Counted from the stretch's first letter, positions 47,331 to 60,307 are shown. The stretch: DNA of 64,000 nucleotides from Pelomyxa schiedti (GCA_020536535.1 JAHLWZ010000852.1:1-64000); one strand, 5' to 3'. Program-made: numbers and translations. Notes: generated by a model from the letters alone, not told the origin.

Positions 47331-48229
47331 ATGCACGTGTGAGTGACCACTCTTGTTGTTGAAATCACCATCGTCTCCTTACATTTTTTTTTCTTCTCTT
47401 TCCCATCATCTGGTGTGGTTTCTGTTTTCTTTTTGTCAAGTGTGCAGGCCAACTGTGGCATGGTCACAAACGTGGAATTACTACGAACTCTCGAGGAGGT
47501 TGTTTTCCTAACTTTCTATTCCATTTATATATATATATCACTTACTTTGTACGTTATGGGCTTGGATACTCACAAATTTTTTTTTTGTTTTATTTTATTT
47601 TTTGTATAGAAACGTGATTCTGGGGACCGTATGACCGAAATTGACAAGCACGTATGTTAGAAATAACTGTGGATGAATATAGAAAGTGTAGCTCCACTTA
47701 TGGTTATTTAGCTTCTTGGAATATTGAGGTCTATAGTTCCCACAGTGTTCCGCGGCCCTCAGGGATCAGAAATATGTCGAGAGTACCAAGCAGTTATGCA
47801 GTATCATAATTTGAAACCTCGCGAACAGCTTCAGCTATTCAATCATGCACCTTCCATGGATCTTGAATTGTATTTGGTAGAGAATCTCGTGTGGGTATTT
47901 GTCTCACTTTATGTAACAGATGATTGAAAATTGTGCAGCTCGCTTCCCCGGCTCTGCAGTTACCAACCTTTTGGTGGACCTTACTCAAGCTCTCGCTGGA
48001 AAAAGGCCTTCAGAACGATATAAAAGCCAGGTAACCTTGCCTGTGTTGAGCACCACAGCGTCATCTACATCCATGGACACGCCTCTACCTGAATCACCGG
48101 AAATGTGGCACGGCATTCGAAGGCTCAGGTATATGGAATTATACTATTTAACAGTAGACACAAGATTTAAACAAACAAAAGCAAGAATGATTGGGGCACT
48201 ACCACTCCCCCCACAGAGGACACGTGTAA
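47331..48229 (+). CDS. CRCP: RNA polymerase III subunit RPC9/C17 (Rpb4 family)
   Basis: Spliced MHV/VQANCGMVTNVELLRTLEE ... LKPREQLQLFNHAPSMDLELYL/MIENCAARF aligns by eye to RPC9 MEVKDANSALLSNYEV...LTKAEKLQLLNHRP...IQLMVEESEERL. The 3' end is ambiguous (48170, 48229, 48273, or read-through into SET). Confidence 0.82.
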
Positions 48230-48260
48230 ATTCATTCCGACTGGAGTGCATCCTGCTGAA

Positions 48261-48866
48261 ATGCAACCGCTAGCAAAATGCAGTGTCACCGAATTCTTTC
48301 CCGACTCAGACTTCGAGATAAAACTTACGGAACACACAGTAAAATGCCACACAAAAAAATCTTCACTAATAGCATAGGGATATGGTTTGTTTACCCGGAA
48401 AGACTTGCCTGCAGGGAAACCGATCATTCCTTTCTGTGGCCAAGTGACTGTCAATTCCCCACACAACATGTACACAGCAAGAATGGTTATTGATACTCCC
48501 ACTGCACCACTATGCTTTTTCATTGACGCTGAACGGACTGGAGGTGTGGCCCGCTTTATCAACCATGCGTGTGAAGGCAAAAACAATGTTTCCACATGTG
48601 TTCTGTGGGTCACTGAGTGGAACGAACCAGCCTTGATAGTGTGTTCCCGCTGTGAAATTCCCGCAAACACTGAGATTCTGTTGGACTACAGTGTCACCAT
48701 CATCAGTGATAACCCCAAAGATCAGAGCATTCCTTGCCAGTGTGGTTCTGTAAGCTGCAAAAAGACCTTATGCCCCACAACTAGTGCATCTCTACCACAA
48801 GCCCAAACTCAAGTTTCCATTCCTCCCCCAACTCACAAACACCATCACCACAAAAGAAGGCTCTGA
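48261..48866 (+). CDS. Compact SET + post-SET domain lysine methyltransferase
   Basis: FEIKLTEHT/GYGLFTRKDLPAGKPIIPFCGQV, IDAERTGGVARFINHAC, EILLDY, post-SET CQCGSVSC; one 39-nt intron at 48339-48377. Confidence 0.85.
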
Positions 48867-48922
48867 AGGGAAAAACCCTGCCAGTCCCAACAAACAAAAG
48901 TACTTTTCCTTTTTTTTTTTGC

Positions 48923-51900
48923 TTAGGTCTGGAAGTAGGTGTGTGATTTTTGTGCCGTGGCAATGAGGTGATTGAGGAGGGTATAGCCAGAAATAGCATG
49001 CTGGTCCCCATTGGTTAAAACGGAGCCTCCGGATGTGTGTCTTAACAAGTTTTCACTTGCAACTACTATGCACTTCTATAGGGAATGATAAGGAAACACA
49101 GTCACTGTGACTAGAGATACCTGTTTGGCTCGGGTCACAGCTACATTGAGCCGTTGCTTGTTGTAAATGAAATTCAGTTCCCCAGTACATACACTGGGGA
49201 AAACATAGTCCACAATTACAACATCCCTTTCTTGGCCCTGGACCTTCTCTACAGTGTTAACGGAATTCTGTATATCGATTCCAGATTGAAATAACGGTGC
49301 TGTGAGGTTTTGTCCAAAGCAAGGACATAATTTTTGAAGAACGGCAAGCCTCTGTATGTGCTTTGGTGTCACAACAAATAGAGTGTTTCTCCAGAAGGTG
49401 GAGTCCGGTACCTGAAAAGTTATTAGTATAAGGGCACACAGGTTGTCATACTGTTGTATTGTTACGTAAAAATGAACATAAGTCTGCGATCAATTTCACG
49501 CCAACAGTTTCTTGCCTTTAAATTGTGAGAGCATCCTCCAAGAAAAGGAAGCAGTTACTTAACCACAATGAAAACAAAGGCGAAATCAGGGTTCAGGGCA
49601 TTCTGAATAATCGTTCCTTGCTTTTGCAGTAAAGCTGGGTCCAGAATGCGCAATCTCTGAGAGGCAATCTGTAGGCGTTGGTATCTTAGTGGCCATGGAA
49701 AGGAAAAACCTCTTGCGTTGCTGGGTGAAAGGGGTTTGTGGGGTTTCGATACAGCATGGACGCCATAATGTCACACAATTGGGTACACATTCTAGTTGTT
49801 TCTGAGAAAATAAATTGACATGATTATAAACACCTCCAAGACTCTGTAAGCATACTGGAGAAGCTACAACTGCAATTCATTAAAGAGGAGAAGGGGAAAA
49901 AAGGTGTTACCTCTGGTCAGAGGCTTGGAAATAACCAAAAAGTGACGAATCCAGTCTCCCCCATGGGGATCCTTTCCTCTCTTCAGGTATGAGCCGTGAA
50001 AGAGTTGGGGATAGAACAAAACTCACTAATGAGTATTCAGTAAAGTTGCCGAAAGAAAAGCAATTGTGACACCTCGTTTAACAGGTCCCAGTTGGTTCTC
50101 ATCCCCAAAGAGCAATAGTCGTCCACTTGGTTTGAGATAACACATTGGTATACTGAGTTCAGGAAGAGTGCTCTGTGTGGCTTCATCCCAAAGAATGACA
50201 TCAGCCTCCAGAATGTGAGTAACATGATGGACAGGCGTTACGTTACTACCATCGGTGGTTTTGTCATTTCCTTGAAGTGTCTGATTTGCCACACAGTCCC
50301 ACCAATTACAGCAAACTTGGCGTTGGAAAGGAAGTTAAACACAGTGCACATCTCCCCGTGCTTGCATGTGGGGTAATTCAAACACCTTAGGTGCTTGCCA
50401 TCTTTTTCCAATCGACCAATACAAAACGGTTCGTTACTAGATCCATCTCTCAGGATTGGTAATGAGAAGAAGGTCATACTCTTGTTGTCGGTTCAGCTGT
50501 GATAGCGATTGGAGCAGAGTTGAGATACTGGTATTGGTGAAGCAAACAGCAAGAGCTAAAAATCTATCCTTGCCGGATCTTATTGCCTGGCGCATCATTA
50601 ACAGAGCAGTTGCCGCGATAACACGTGATTTGCCAGATCCAGGGGGCCCCCACACAAGATGAAGGTGTTGGTCAAAACACTTTTTCACCACCTTGGTTGG
50701 TTAGACACAGCAGCGAATATCATGCCTAGTACCTTTGACTGTTCAACTGTAAGAAGAGACGCAGGAAGGGGTTCTGGAGGAAATTGCAGTAGTGTGTCAG
50801 GTTTAAAACTCTGAAAGAGTTCCATTGTCATGAGGAGTGTAAAAATGGGAAAATAATGAACACACAGAGAGAGCCCAATCTATCGGATTGTGTATAACAT
50901 TTAGAAAAAGAGAGGGCTTGCCATAAAGCTGAAGATGTGTATAAAGCATTGGAGAAGTTACATCTTGGTTGGCAGTGCACAAGAGATAATGAGCACCTTT
51001 CACGGAATTAAACACATAGGCTGTGGAGAAATACTACCTGGTTTTACAGTCGTAGATGCCATTATGGACAGAGCTAACACAAGATTCCCACCTTCTGATA
51101 CTGTCCAGGTTAAGTACTTCTTAGGGGAGGGATGACCTACAGCGTGTGGATTCCACTCGCACTAAAATATTACTGAATGCCCTGTTCTTGGAAAAAAGAG
51201 CTCCAAACTCATTCGTAGTGAACAGTTTCTTCTGGGCTGCGCTCCGTGCGCCGTTCGCTTCCTTATTACCACAAGAGCAGTCCCCGCAACAGTGACAGTA
51301 GGAGTGGGTACTTTTCGAGCAAGTGCACTCAACTAGAAGATTAAATACTTCTCTCTCAATACGTGACATGTATTGAGTGAAGTGTGGCCCATCAGCGGAA
51401 GTCATTACTGTAGTGAAGATAGCTTTTGATATCTGGTAGGTGTTGGAGGGAAACAGAGTGAAGATGAAAGTTGACAGGTATTTCTGGCCTAGGTTGGTCT
51501 TCAGGTAACGCAGCACTGCAAGTAACTACAACACAGGACTTCTTTCTGCAAAAAAAATTAGACAAGTTGTGTACAAATGTTGGGTACTCTTCTTGGTATT
51601 CGAGGGAATGAGATCTCACAAATCTCTGTTTTTCAGCAAAGTCATAGCATTCTTGCTGGAGGAGATACAAAAAGCGTGGAATATAACCAGAGCCAGCTTT
51701 ATGTATCAGAGGCCACTTAAACAATGGTGGACGAGGGAGCAATCTGGGAGGTTGGTTATGCAACGGAATCGAGAGAATTATACCTTGAATGTACTTCAGA
51801 GCCCTCTAATGTGTGTCGCAGTCCATTTAGAACCTCAAACGTGGACATGATTTTTTTCTTCATCCACTGTTCTCGAACTTCTTCTGAGAACTCTTTTGAT

Positions 51901-54900
51901 GATGAGACGGAAATTGGTGTGCAGAAGAAGGCACACTTGTGGAGGTTTGTGAGAGGTAAAATTCGGCTACCATCTCTGTGTCAAGTGACTCGAGAGGAGA
52001 GATGTCAGACATTAATTTATAAATTTCTTCTCTTAGCGCAGCTCCTCTATTCTGCTGAGTAAGAGTGATACAATACGATAGCTTTACTAACTGTGTAAGA
52101 GCAGCACAGTAGTCTCCTAATGTAGCATCATAAAAAAGAGGAAGTGCCAGATGGCGATCGACTTCGGATTTCAGGACTACAACCCGTAAGGGTGTACAAG
52201 AAGATAAGTCAGGCTGTTGGATAACGTTACCAAGGTTCTAAAGTAATTGTGAATAACCTGAAGTGGAGCATGTAAAAGAAGCCCGTCTGGAAAAAGAGTT
52301 GCCAAAAGCCTGGAAGCTTGTTTCGAAAAATCCTAGATGTGAAGTATCAGCATATGAGAACAAGAGAGAAATTCGACTGTACATTGAAATCTTGTTCAAC
52401 GTCAGGCGAAACCACATCTGAGTCCAGAGTTGCCACAACACTCGTGACATTGGGAGTTGCGTTCTCGTTACCAGAAGGCGGTGCAGTGGTTACTACCGCT
52501 TCTTGAGATGAGGGCAAGGCAAGAATAGGGCTGCTATCCACATAACTTGGCAACTGGTGCGCAATATGCATACTTTCAGTACTTGGTTCTGGTGCCGCCT
52601 TCATGGTTTTCGTGGAATCTTTTTTTTTTCTTGCAGTCGTTTTCCTTGTACTCGTGGGGGTAGATTCGCCAATTGGTTGAGTATTAGGTGACTCTTCTGA
52701 TGATTGCACATCTCTTTGTTTGAGTTGTGCTGCAAGCTTAGATTGGGAACGTGTCACCGCTCCAGCTGAGCGTATTTTTGCAGGATCGATATCATCCTTT
52801 TCCTTCAGAGTATATTCAAAAGTTTACAAAGGAAAACAGGGTGGAATTACATGAGAGTTGTTTGTGGCTTCCAGATTAACAGCTCCAAAATCTTCAATCA
52901 GCTTGGGAATACCGTCATCTTGTTCTGCTTTAGATCGTCTTCTATTTGAGGGGCTCTGCTGCGGGAGTGGGAGACCAGAAGGGGAGGAGAAAAGGGGAGA
53001 AGGGGGAGGAAGCACTGCAGGAGATGGTGGAACAATTGAGGGGGTTGGAGGTGCAACTGGTGAGGATGGTGAAAGTATTGACGATGGGGACTTCATATAC
53101 CGAGAGGTTTTAGATGACGTCCTTTTCTTGTCTACCATGCAGTTTAAAATTTTTAACAAAAAGTGCTGCAGTGATCTCTACCTGGTGCTTTCTTCATTGG
53201 TGTAATGAAAGCCGTGGAACTAGCAGCACTGGCACTTATGTTCTGTGAGAACACACCAATACAATTTACAAAGAAGTACATTGGCTCAGTAGATTCAAAA
53301 GACGGGGGTATTTTCCATGCATTACTCAGAAGGATTGCTTTAAACGCATTAAGTTCAATCTGGAACATCAAAGTAAATTCTGAGTCAAAAGGTCATGGTG
53401 AAAATTACCTGGTCCCAGATGTAAATTTGTGTGTGCACTCTCTGCTGCCAAGGAAGAGGTTCATTATAGGCAGATACCTTGTCTAGAACACAGTACACGG
53501 CAGTGATAAGGTTACATTGTAATTCGCTGTTTACCTCCGGCGGAACAACGTTTGTATCTTGAAGTTCAGATAAGTAATTGAACATCTGGCCTGTAATGTG
53601 AAAAGTTACCTGCTAGTACGTTTGTAAGTATTACAGAGGTTGCAGAAACTTCATGGAACCACTTCAGATGTGATGATGCCGGGGTGTCAAGGTGAAAGAG
53701 TGGGGAGAGAATTTGCTGAAAGATAAGGGTTGGTGATAATTCCTTCGGCCCCCTAAATGTCGTTGGGGTAAAGTAATGTCAAAATTATCTAACCTTTGCC
53801 TGTTAAATATACCCATGCCCCAAGATAACAGGGAAAGTCTATGATAGTCAAAAGTAAGTCCTATCACAACTGCCAGGTTCTCACAGGCAGGGAGTGTGGA
53901 GGATCCAAGATGCGCAGGGCCCAGTACAACGACCCGACGTTCATTAAACGACTTCAGACGAGATGAAACGCTCTCAATTGGCATACAATCTGAGATGCAC
54001 CTCTTACCAAAGTTGGGTGACGACCTCAGGTAATGTTATTAAGGTAGATTTTGGTACTAGAAAACATCAATTCCGCCAAAGAGTTTTGGCATTCCGGGAC
54101 AGTAAGCAGTAGGCAATTCTCTTCAAGAATGTCTCGAACTTCAGCATCAATACCGTTTATCAGGAAGACTGACTGGATTTCTGGTCAATGGGAAGAAAAC
54201 AATCAAATGGGAGACCTTTTCTTCCTGTGCACGTCTTCAAGACTAAGTTAAAAAGGTTGAGAAAAACTTGGAAGGTACCTTACACAATACTCCGAGTAAA
54301 CACAGCTCTTGCATGCTGAAAGAAGACAGGACTCTACTTGGTCAAATGAACTGGTGGCTACCTGAGCCAGCCTAGCTACATGTGGCAGGAGAGTCTGAAT
54401 AATATACATCCGTGCAGATGTAAGATGAACAAGTGAAAAGGTATTCTCTCCAGAAAGCCATATCCCCCCTGAGGTAGTATTTACCAAGAGTGGGATATCC
54501 TTTTCCTAGGGATGATGAATTAATAGTTTCACCCATATGAGGCACACCTGGCAAGTTGCTTCAAGGATCATTGTATACAAGCTGAGTTGTAAATTATATG
54601 CGGCTTTTGTGTGTGGAGAGGCTTTAGCGTCTTTTGGGGGTGAGATTTGTAGAGTAGCAACACACTAATACCAATGATAAACGCTTCCCTTCCATTGCTC
54701 GACCCTGTACTATGTCAAATCAAAGGATATATCTAATAAGCAGGGATACATACTACGGATTTCTATGAGGTCAGGATAACATCTGGAGAATGACAAAACT
54801 GAAGACTGAGGGAAATTTAAAAAGGATGCTCTAAAAGTTGAATTCACAAGTAAGCAAGCCTGATAAATGAACACCCTAAAAAAGTGATAAGAAATCAAAT

Positions 54901-56183
54901 AGAGGAAGGCAAGGGTTTACCTCTTTCCCTCTACAGGCTCTACAGTACGTAGAAGGTTGATAGTCTCAGAGGGCGTGAATTTGTTGTTTGGAGGTGCTGG
55001 CTGATGCACAATGTCACCGCGCTGACAAATCATACTTATGAGCTTGCTCTCCCACTCAAATCCACTGTTGATGTAATAGCGTGACATAGGACTCACTAGA
55101 AGGAAAGGGGGAGCATTTTTCACCTTAGTTTTACTCAATTCTTACAATTGTAAAGGTTATGTTACATGTTCCAGGATATCCGCGATGTATTACTACTTCT
55201 GATGTGCAAGAGCTGCTTAATGCATTTGGAGCACTGAGGCTGTGGGCATATGGGTCCATGGTCAGCTGTATTCTTTTGTGGTGAGGATCGTCCATAGTTA
55301 CCCAATATACCTGAAGTGCTTGTTACAGAGAAGAATGTAACTGGGTAGGCTCTTAGCAGCACCAGTTTCCAGTATGCTGGCATTAAGTGGATCCAGAGGA
55401 AGCACTTTGGCTCCAGAAGAAGTTTGGAAAAACCATGTTGCTCTGTGAAGGTGGAACTGATTTGAAGAGTGAACCTAAAGTATAGGAGAGAAGAACTCAC
55501 ATAGAGATGAGTGTCCGAAAAACTGAATGTAATGAACATTTTCCCCACGTCGACTGTACAAACAGCCTTTCCTTCTGGGGTGTCAAATTCACTGACTGCT
55601 ACTCCTGCTCTGTCAAACTGATATAAGACTTCCAAAGCTGACGCTTGCACAGAGGGAAACGAAACCCCACAGCAACAAATATCAGAGCACTTCTCTGGAT
55701 CCAGGCAAGGGTTTTTTTGCTTCCACCACTTATAGCAAAAAGCACCAACAGATGAAATTGTGAACTTATGATGCCCGGTTTGAGATAAAGTTTCTTGACT
55801 TGGATTTGGAGGTACTCCCTAGGAGAAGCAAGATAGAATAAGATATCAATAGTCACCATTGCAATGCATACCTCTTCGAACGAAAAATACCATCTAGCAG
55901 ATTGCACACCACTTGGGTCACCACTTCTTGATGTTGCACTCAATACCAAAAACCTACACATTTCTCATTACTTTTGTTTTTGAAAAAAAAAAAAAAAAAA
56001 AAAGAAAGATTTCACGAGATAGGGAAACCTGTCGCAGTTTGACAAAGTGAAATAGGACATCAACATGGATGGGCTGACCCGAAACTGCACCGACGACTTG
56101 GACGATGACGTCAATGCCGAAACACGAAGCACCCTCTCAGATTCCGTCATTGTTGTCGTTTCGCAGCACCTGCCCTCCTGCAT
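48923..56183 (-). CDS. RecB/Cas4-like (PD-(D/E)xK, Fe-S staple) nuclease fused to SF1 DNA2/NAM7/UPF1-like helicase
   Basis: N-terminal VSPSMLMSYFTLSNCDRF; YPDLIEI...FII/DAKAS..K..YNLQLSLY; CKSCVYSEYC (Cx2Cx5C). Helicase: VWGPPGSGKS, CFTNTSI, LWDEATQ, LFGDENQLGP, VNTVEKVQGQERD, RLNVAVTRAK. Many introns; TAA at 48923-48925. Confidence 0.85.
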
Positions 56184-56371
56184 CTTGCCCTTGACGTTCT
56201 TGTAATTTTATGATTTGGGCCGGTCTGATTTCTGTGAACTTCCTTCCTCAAGTCTGGAAGCCCACAACCTCGGAAACGGTCCCGCCTTTGCCACCAAGGA
56301 CACTCAGGAATATTCAAAATCATCAAAAAGTCTTTCTACAAAACTTCATTTGATGGAATGGTTCACCTTCC

Positions 56372-57255
56372 TCAAACCAAGCCAAGTGATGAGTGGACAC
56401 TCAGGACTCGACGACAGAGCTCTGTGAAGGCTAGACTTACATTGTCACCTGTCAGAGCACTGCACCTTTTGAATAGCAGGATCCCTTCTTTTTGCAGAAA
56501 TACATTGACTTCTTCATCGCTTGTGCCATCTCTGTTCAAGTCGGTTTTGTTTGCCACAATCATTGGAACTATCCTTTTTGGAGCATGTTCTTTCATCATT
56601 TTATACCAGTCCTTCGCCTGATCAAAGGATTCCTGAATCTAAGTTAGCAAGAAAAAATACCAAAAATTAACTTGAACCTTCTCCGTTGTGTCATAAACTA
56701 CAGAAAAATATCCGGCAAATGTGAGTAGTTAACTCATGTTAGAGTAGAGAGGGAACGCACCAAGCATAACGCCATGAGCACCTTTGGAACATTTTAATGT
56801 TAAACAGTTAGTGATGGAATACCTCTGAAGTAACTTGGGACCAATGAATGGTACCTTTCTGTTTGGCTTTAATAAGGGTGATTAATGCAAGCTGCTTAAC
56901 CTTGGCCGGCAGTGTCCCATATCTACATTTTGTGAGTTGGCAAAACGAAACAAATGTGCTGTACACTCAATTTCCGGTTCACACCATCGATCTGGAAGTC
57001 TGTCAACTCAAATGAATTTCTGGAAGGTGAATTTGTATGCGTTACGAGTCTAAAGGTGAGAACTTGAACACACGCAACAGTTACAGGGGTGGCAGTGGTG
57101 AAGGAGTTTTGGGTCAACCGATGCAAGAGAGATGATTTCCCCCCACCCGAAGGCCCCAGCATTACAATTCTAATTGAGTCTTGTGGACTTCGTGAAGTTA
57201 TCAGCGGCCGCGGCGGGGCCGCAGCAGAAGTACGGCCACACCCTCCGTTTCCCAT
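56372..57255 (-). CDS. Rab-like small GTPase, N-terminal MG..C acylation signal, no C-terminal prenylation motif (paralog 1)
   Basis: MGNGGCG; GPSGGGKS; IWDTAGQE/RYHSLVPSYFRG/AHGV; NKTD; CSAL; ends ...SSLGLV*. Confidence 0.9.
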
Positions 57256-57346
57256 TTCAGTTTTTTCAAAAAGAATGGTGGTGCAGTTCGGGGAAGAGAA
57301 TCAACAATTTGCCCAATTTGGTGGAAAAACCAAAAACACAAGGAGA

Positions 57347-58919
57347 ATGGGAAACGACAACAGCATCGCCATAGACAATACCACTACCTATGCGCTCCAT
57401 GTCATCATCATGCAAGTGGGACCCTTGCTTGACGCCATTGTCCCCAAGGAAAGCATGCTGCGAATCGACTGCAAGGCTCGTGTTTTGTAAGTGCACAACA
57501 ACCATATTTCCCGCAAGCTCTTTTCCACGGCACTAAAAGCACACACGCGCAGCTTCACCGTTGCAGTGTCCAAGGCCCCAGCGGACCCCACGCCCGTCAG
57601 AATAACCAACTGGGACGTCGCCAAGCCCATCGTCCTGGTGACCTCTGGCACCGTCCTAGCCGCCGCCACTGGCTGTGTCCTCCTGTCCCCCCTCAGGGTC
57701 ACAGTAGGTTGCGGGGCTGCGGTGCTCGGCCTGGGCGTCACCTCCGCAGCGGCGACCACCTGCGCAGTGAACGCGAGGCTGGCGCGCCGCGACTTTGGCT
57801 GCATGTCGGCAAACTGCAGCCTTCTGGCCGGGTACATGAACCAGGAGGAGTGGAACGATGCGAGAGAGCTGCAAGAGGCTTTCGTATCTAGTGCGGGAAA
57901 AACTATGTTCCGTGTGGGGGCGAAGACTAAAGTTCACCTCCCTAGATTGTCAGCCCAACACTTCGTGGGAGGATCTTAATCACCATCTTGTCCATTTGGA
58001 TGCCATTTTCAAAGCCAAAGGCATAGAGCAAGTAAGCAAATCTCTCGGTGCTGTCAGTAACAACAACTGTAGAGTGAAATCGATGAACTTATGAGAGAAG
58101 TGCAGTATCACTTCTTCGATTCTTGTTACGACATACTTGTTATTCCTGATGTAGCCAAATTCCCAGAGAAAAAACCCACAATACACAGGGGGATGATGAT
58201 AATTTCAGAGTCGCGGTGAGAAATGGAAAAGATAAAGCTCTTCTTAGTGTTTCTGATGATTCGTGTACCCCCGCTGTTCCTCCTGTTTGAAATGACTTTT
58301 GTTACCCGAAAATGCAGGGGACTACCTACAGGAATTCACACGAGAACTTGAAGCAATCTCAAAAGCTCGGAGCCCTCATATGATTCTAAGATGTGTTGAG
58401 AACGCGGAATCAGTACTGGCCGGCTATTGGAGAAAATTCAAAAGCCCAACAGAACCCACCCCACCGGAAGGTCCGATGCTGTAATTGCCCCAAGTCTAAT
58501 TCTTGTTTTCTTTAGCTCTAGCAGAATGGATGGAACTTGGCTTATATCAGGCGAATATACTGAATATGCACTCTATCCTTAACTACCTTGCTCGTTTTCA
58601 GGAAGCCCTTCCGGACCACTTGTATGCCAATCAATCATCCCGTACAACTGATCTTTAAAAAGGCAATATCTGTATCGAACCCTCGCAGGAATGGTGGGGG
58701 TCATCGAACGTGTGTTTCCCAGTTTACCGACACAAAAACTAAATAGGGCACCAAAAAGAAAGGGCAACAGGAGGAAGGTCATACAAATACCTTGGCATTG
58801 GGACGCGGCCCTGTTATGCAACCAAGTATGGTGTTTATGCCAATGGGAAGACCACTGTACATGTGGAAGAAGATGTCAATGGTTTCTTGGTGTTACGAAC
58901 TTCCCATGATGTATCTTGA
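57347..58919 (+). CDS. Hypothetical protein with N-terminal MGN and a Gly/Ala-rich hydrophobic hairpin
   Basis: ATG GGA AAC at 57347; GC-rich exon with IVLVTSGTVLAAATGCVLLSPLRVTVGCGAAVLGLGVTSAAA; later exons joined tentatively up to TGA at 58917-58919. Confidence 0.5.
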
Positions 58920-59236
58920 TTGTATTATAAACCATTGTTTGGTTGGAAGAGGAAACCAACAACTTGTTACAAAAAAAAAAAAAAAAAAAAAAAAGGAATA
59001 GTTTGGGCATTTGTGAAGAGTCCTCTTCTCCAGAAAAGTGCTGGTATTACATGATTTGTTGTGTTGTTGTTATTTCAATAGGATCAGGAGGCTTCTTATT
59101 TGTGGTGGGGTAGTAATTCACCCACGATTGCCATCTCTAGCAGTCCTGCCAATGCACAGAGCCACCTTTCCTGAGTGACTTTGAGTGGTAGGCCCAATTT
59201 TATTATAGGGATCATACAAGCTACAACTCCTTGATT

Positions 59237-60118
59237 TCAAACTGAGGCAAGAGATGGATTCACAATGAGGACTTGACGACAGAGCTCTGTGAACGCTTCT
59301 GTAACATTATCGCCTCTCTGAGCACTGCACCTTTCAAAAAGCGGGTGGCCTACACTGTGAAGGAATTCATCGACCTCCTCGGGAGATGTGGCATCATTGT
59401 TCAGGTCAATTTTATTGGCCACAATCATTACAGTGATAGTATCTGGAGCATTTTCCATCAATTCGGCATACCATTCCTTCATCCTTAGAAAGGATTTCCT
59501 GTCTGTCGTGTCATACACTGTTGAAAAAGTTTAAAAAAACATTTCAATGAGAAGTGGGTAGGAAACGCACCAATCATCGCTCCATGAGCCCCTTTTCAAA
59601 ATAAGTTACTGGAAGAAGAATTAGGGGTACCTCTGTAGTATAGATGCGTCATAGCATGGAAGATTTCTGTTTGTAATTGTAAGGGGGTAATTATTCTATT
59701 CAGGAGAACCTTGGCCTGCAGTGTCCCAAATCTACACTTTGTGGGTAAACCAAAAAAATCAGATGGAGGGTGTACAGTCAATTTGGCTTCCTTCCCGTCT
59801 ATAGGGAATCGTTTCGACTCCAAGTTAACCCTACTCAGAGAGAAGAATTCGTTATGGTATGTTCTCTGAGAGAATTTGTACACACCCAACAGTTGCCACA
59901 GTATTGTTGTTAAAGGTTTTTTTGACAAACTGCACCAAGAGAGATGTTTTTCCACCTCCTGAATGGCCCACCATGACAAGTCTAATTGGAGTTGGTCCCA
60001 CAGGTGGGGGTGCCTTTGGGTAATTTCTCACCGACAGTGATGGTGATGATGGTGTCACTTGGGAAGCAGCGGTAGAAGAACTTGAACCATTCTTGTTTTT
60101 TGAACCGCAACCCCCCAT
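59237..60118 (-). CDS. Rab-like small GTPase, N-terminal MGGC acylation signal, no C-terminal prenylation motif (paralog 2)
   Basis: MGGCGSK; GHSGGGKT; IWDTAGQE/IFHAMTHLYYRG/AHGAMIV/YD; NKID; CSAQ; ends ...PSLASV*. Shares intron positions with paralog 1. Confidence 0.9.
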
Positions 60119-60307
60119 TTCTGTTTTGGAATTTTTAGTGCGCCCGCCTTGGGTGACTTGGTCCGCCCTCTGTTGGTGACAATTTGAAGGAATTGAATTC
60201 AAACCAACTTGAAGCCGCTTTCGGCGACCACCTTGTTTTTGTCACAGAGGTGCTCTCAGGTTACAATTGTTTCCTGCTGTTCACAGGCAAGACTTTTTTT
60301 TTTTTTA

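Noticed and set aside
47553-47560. Other CCCATAA / TTATGGG matches (e.g. 4843, 18891, 29400, 40417, 47554, 62320) as DUSE promoters of novel ncRNAs
   Set aside because: They fall inside coding exons or introns, with no structured RNA or oligo-T terminator evident about 60 nt downstream.
58670-58690. GGTTCGA T-loop-like strings (also near 21410 and 34860) as tRNA candidates
   Set aside because: No pairing T-stem, anticodon arm or acceptor stem; all lie in coding regions.
58970-58993. Long A/T homopolymers (also about 55983-56003 and 17168-17183) as retroposon tails
   Set aside because: They lie in introns or UTR/intergenic DNA with no adjacent element body or TSD; homopolymers are common throughout the window.
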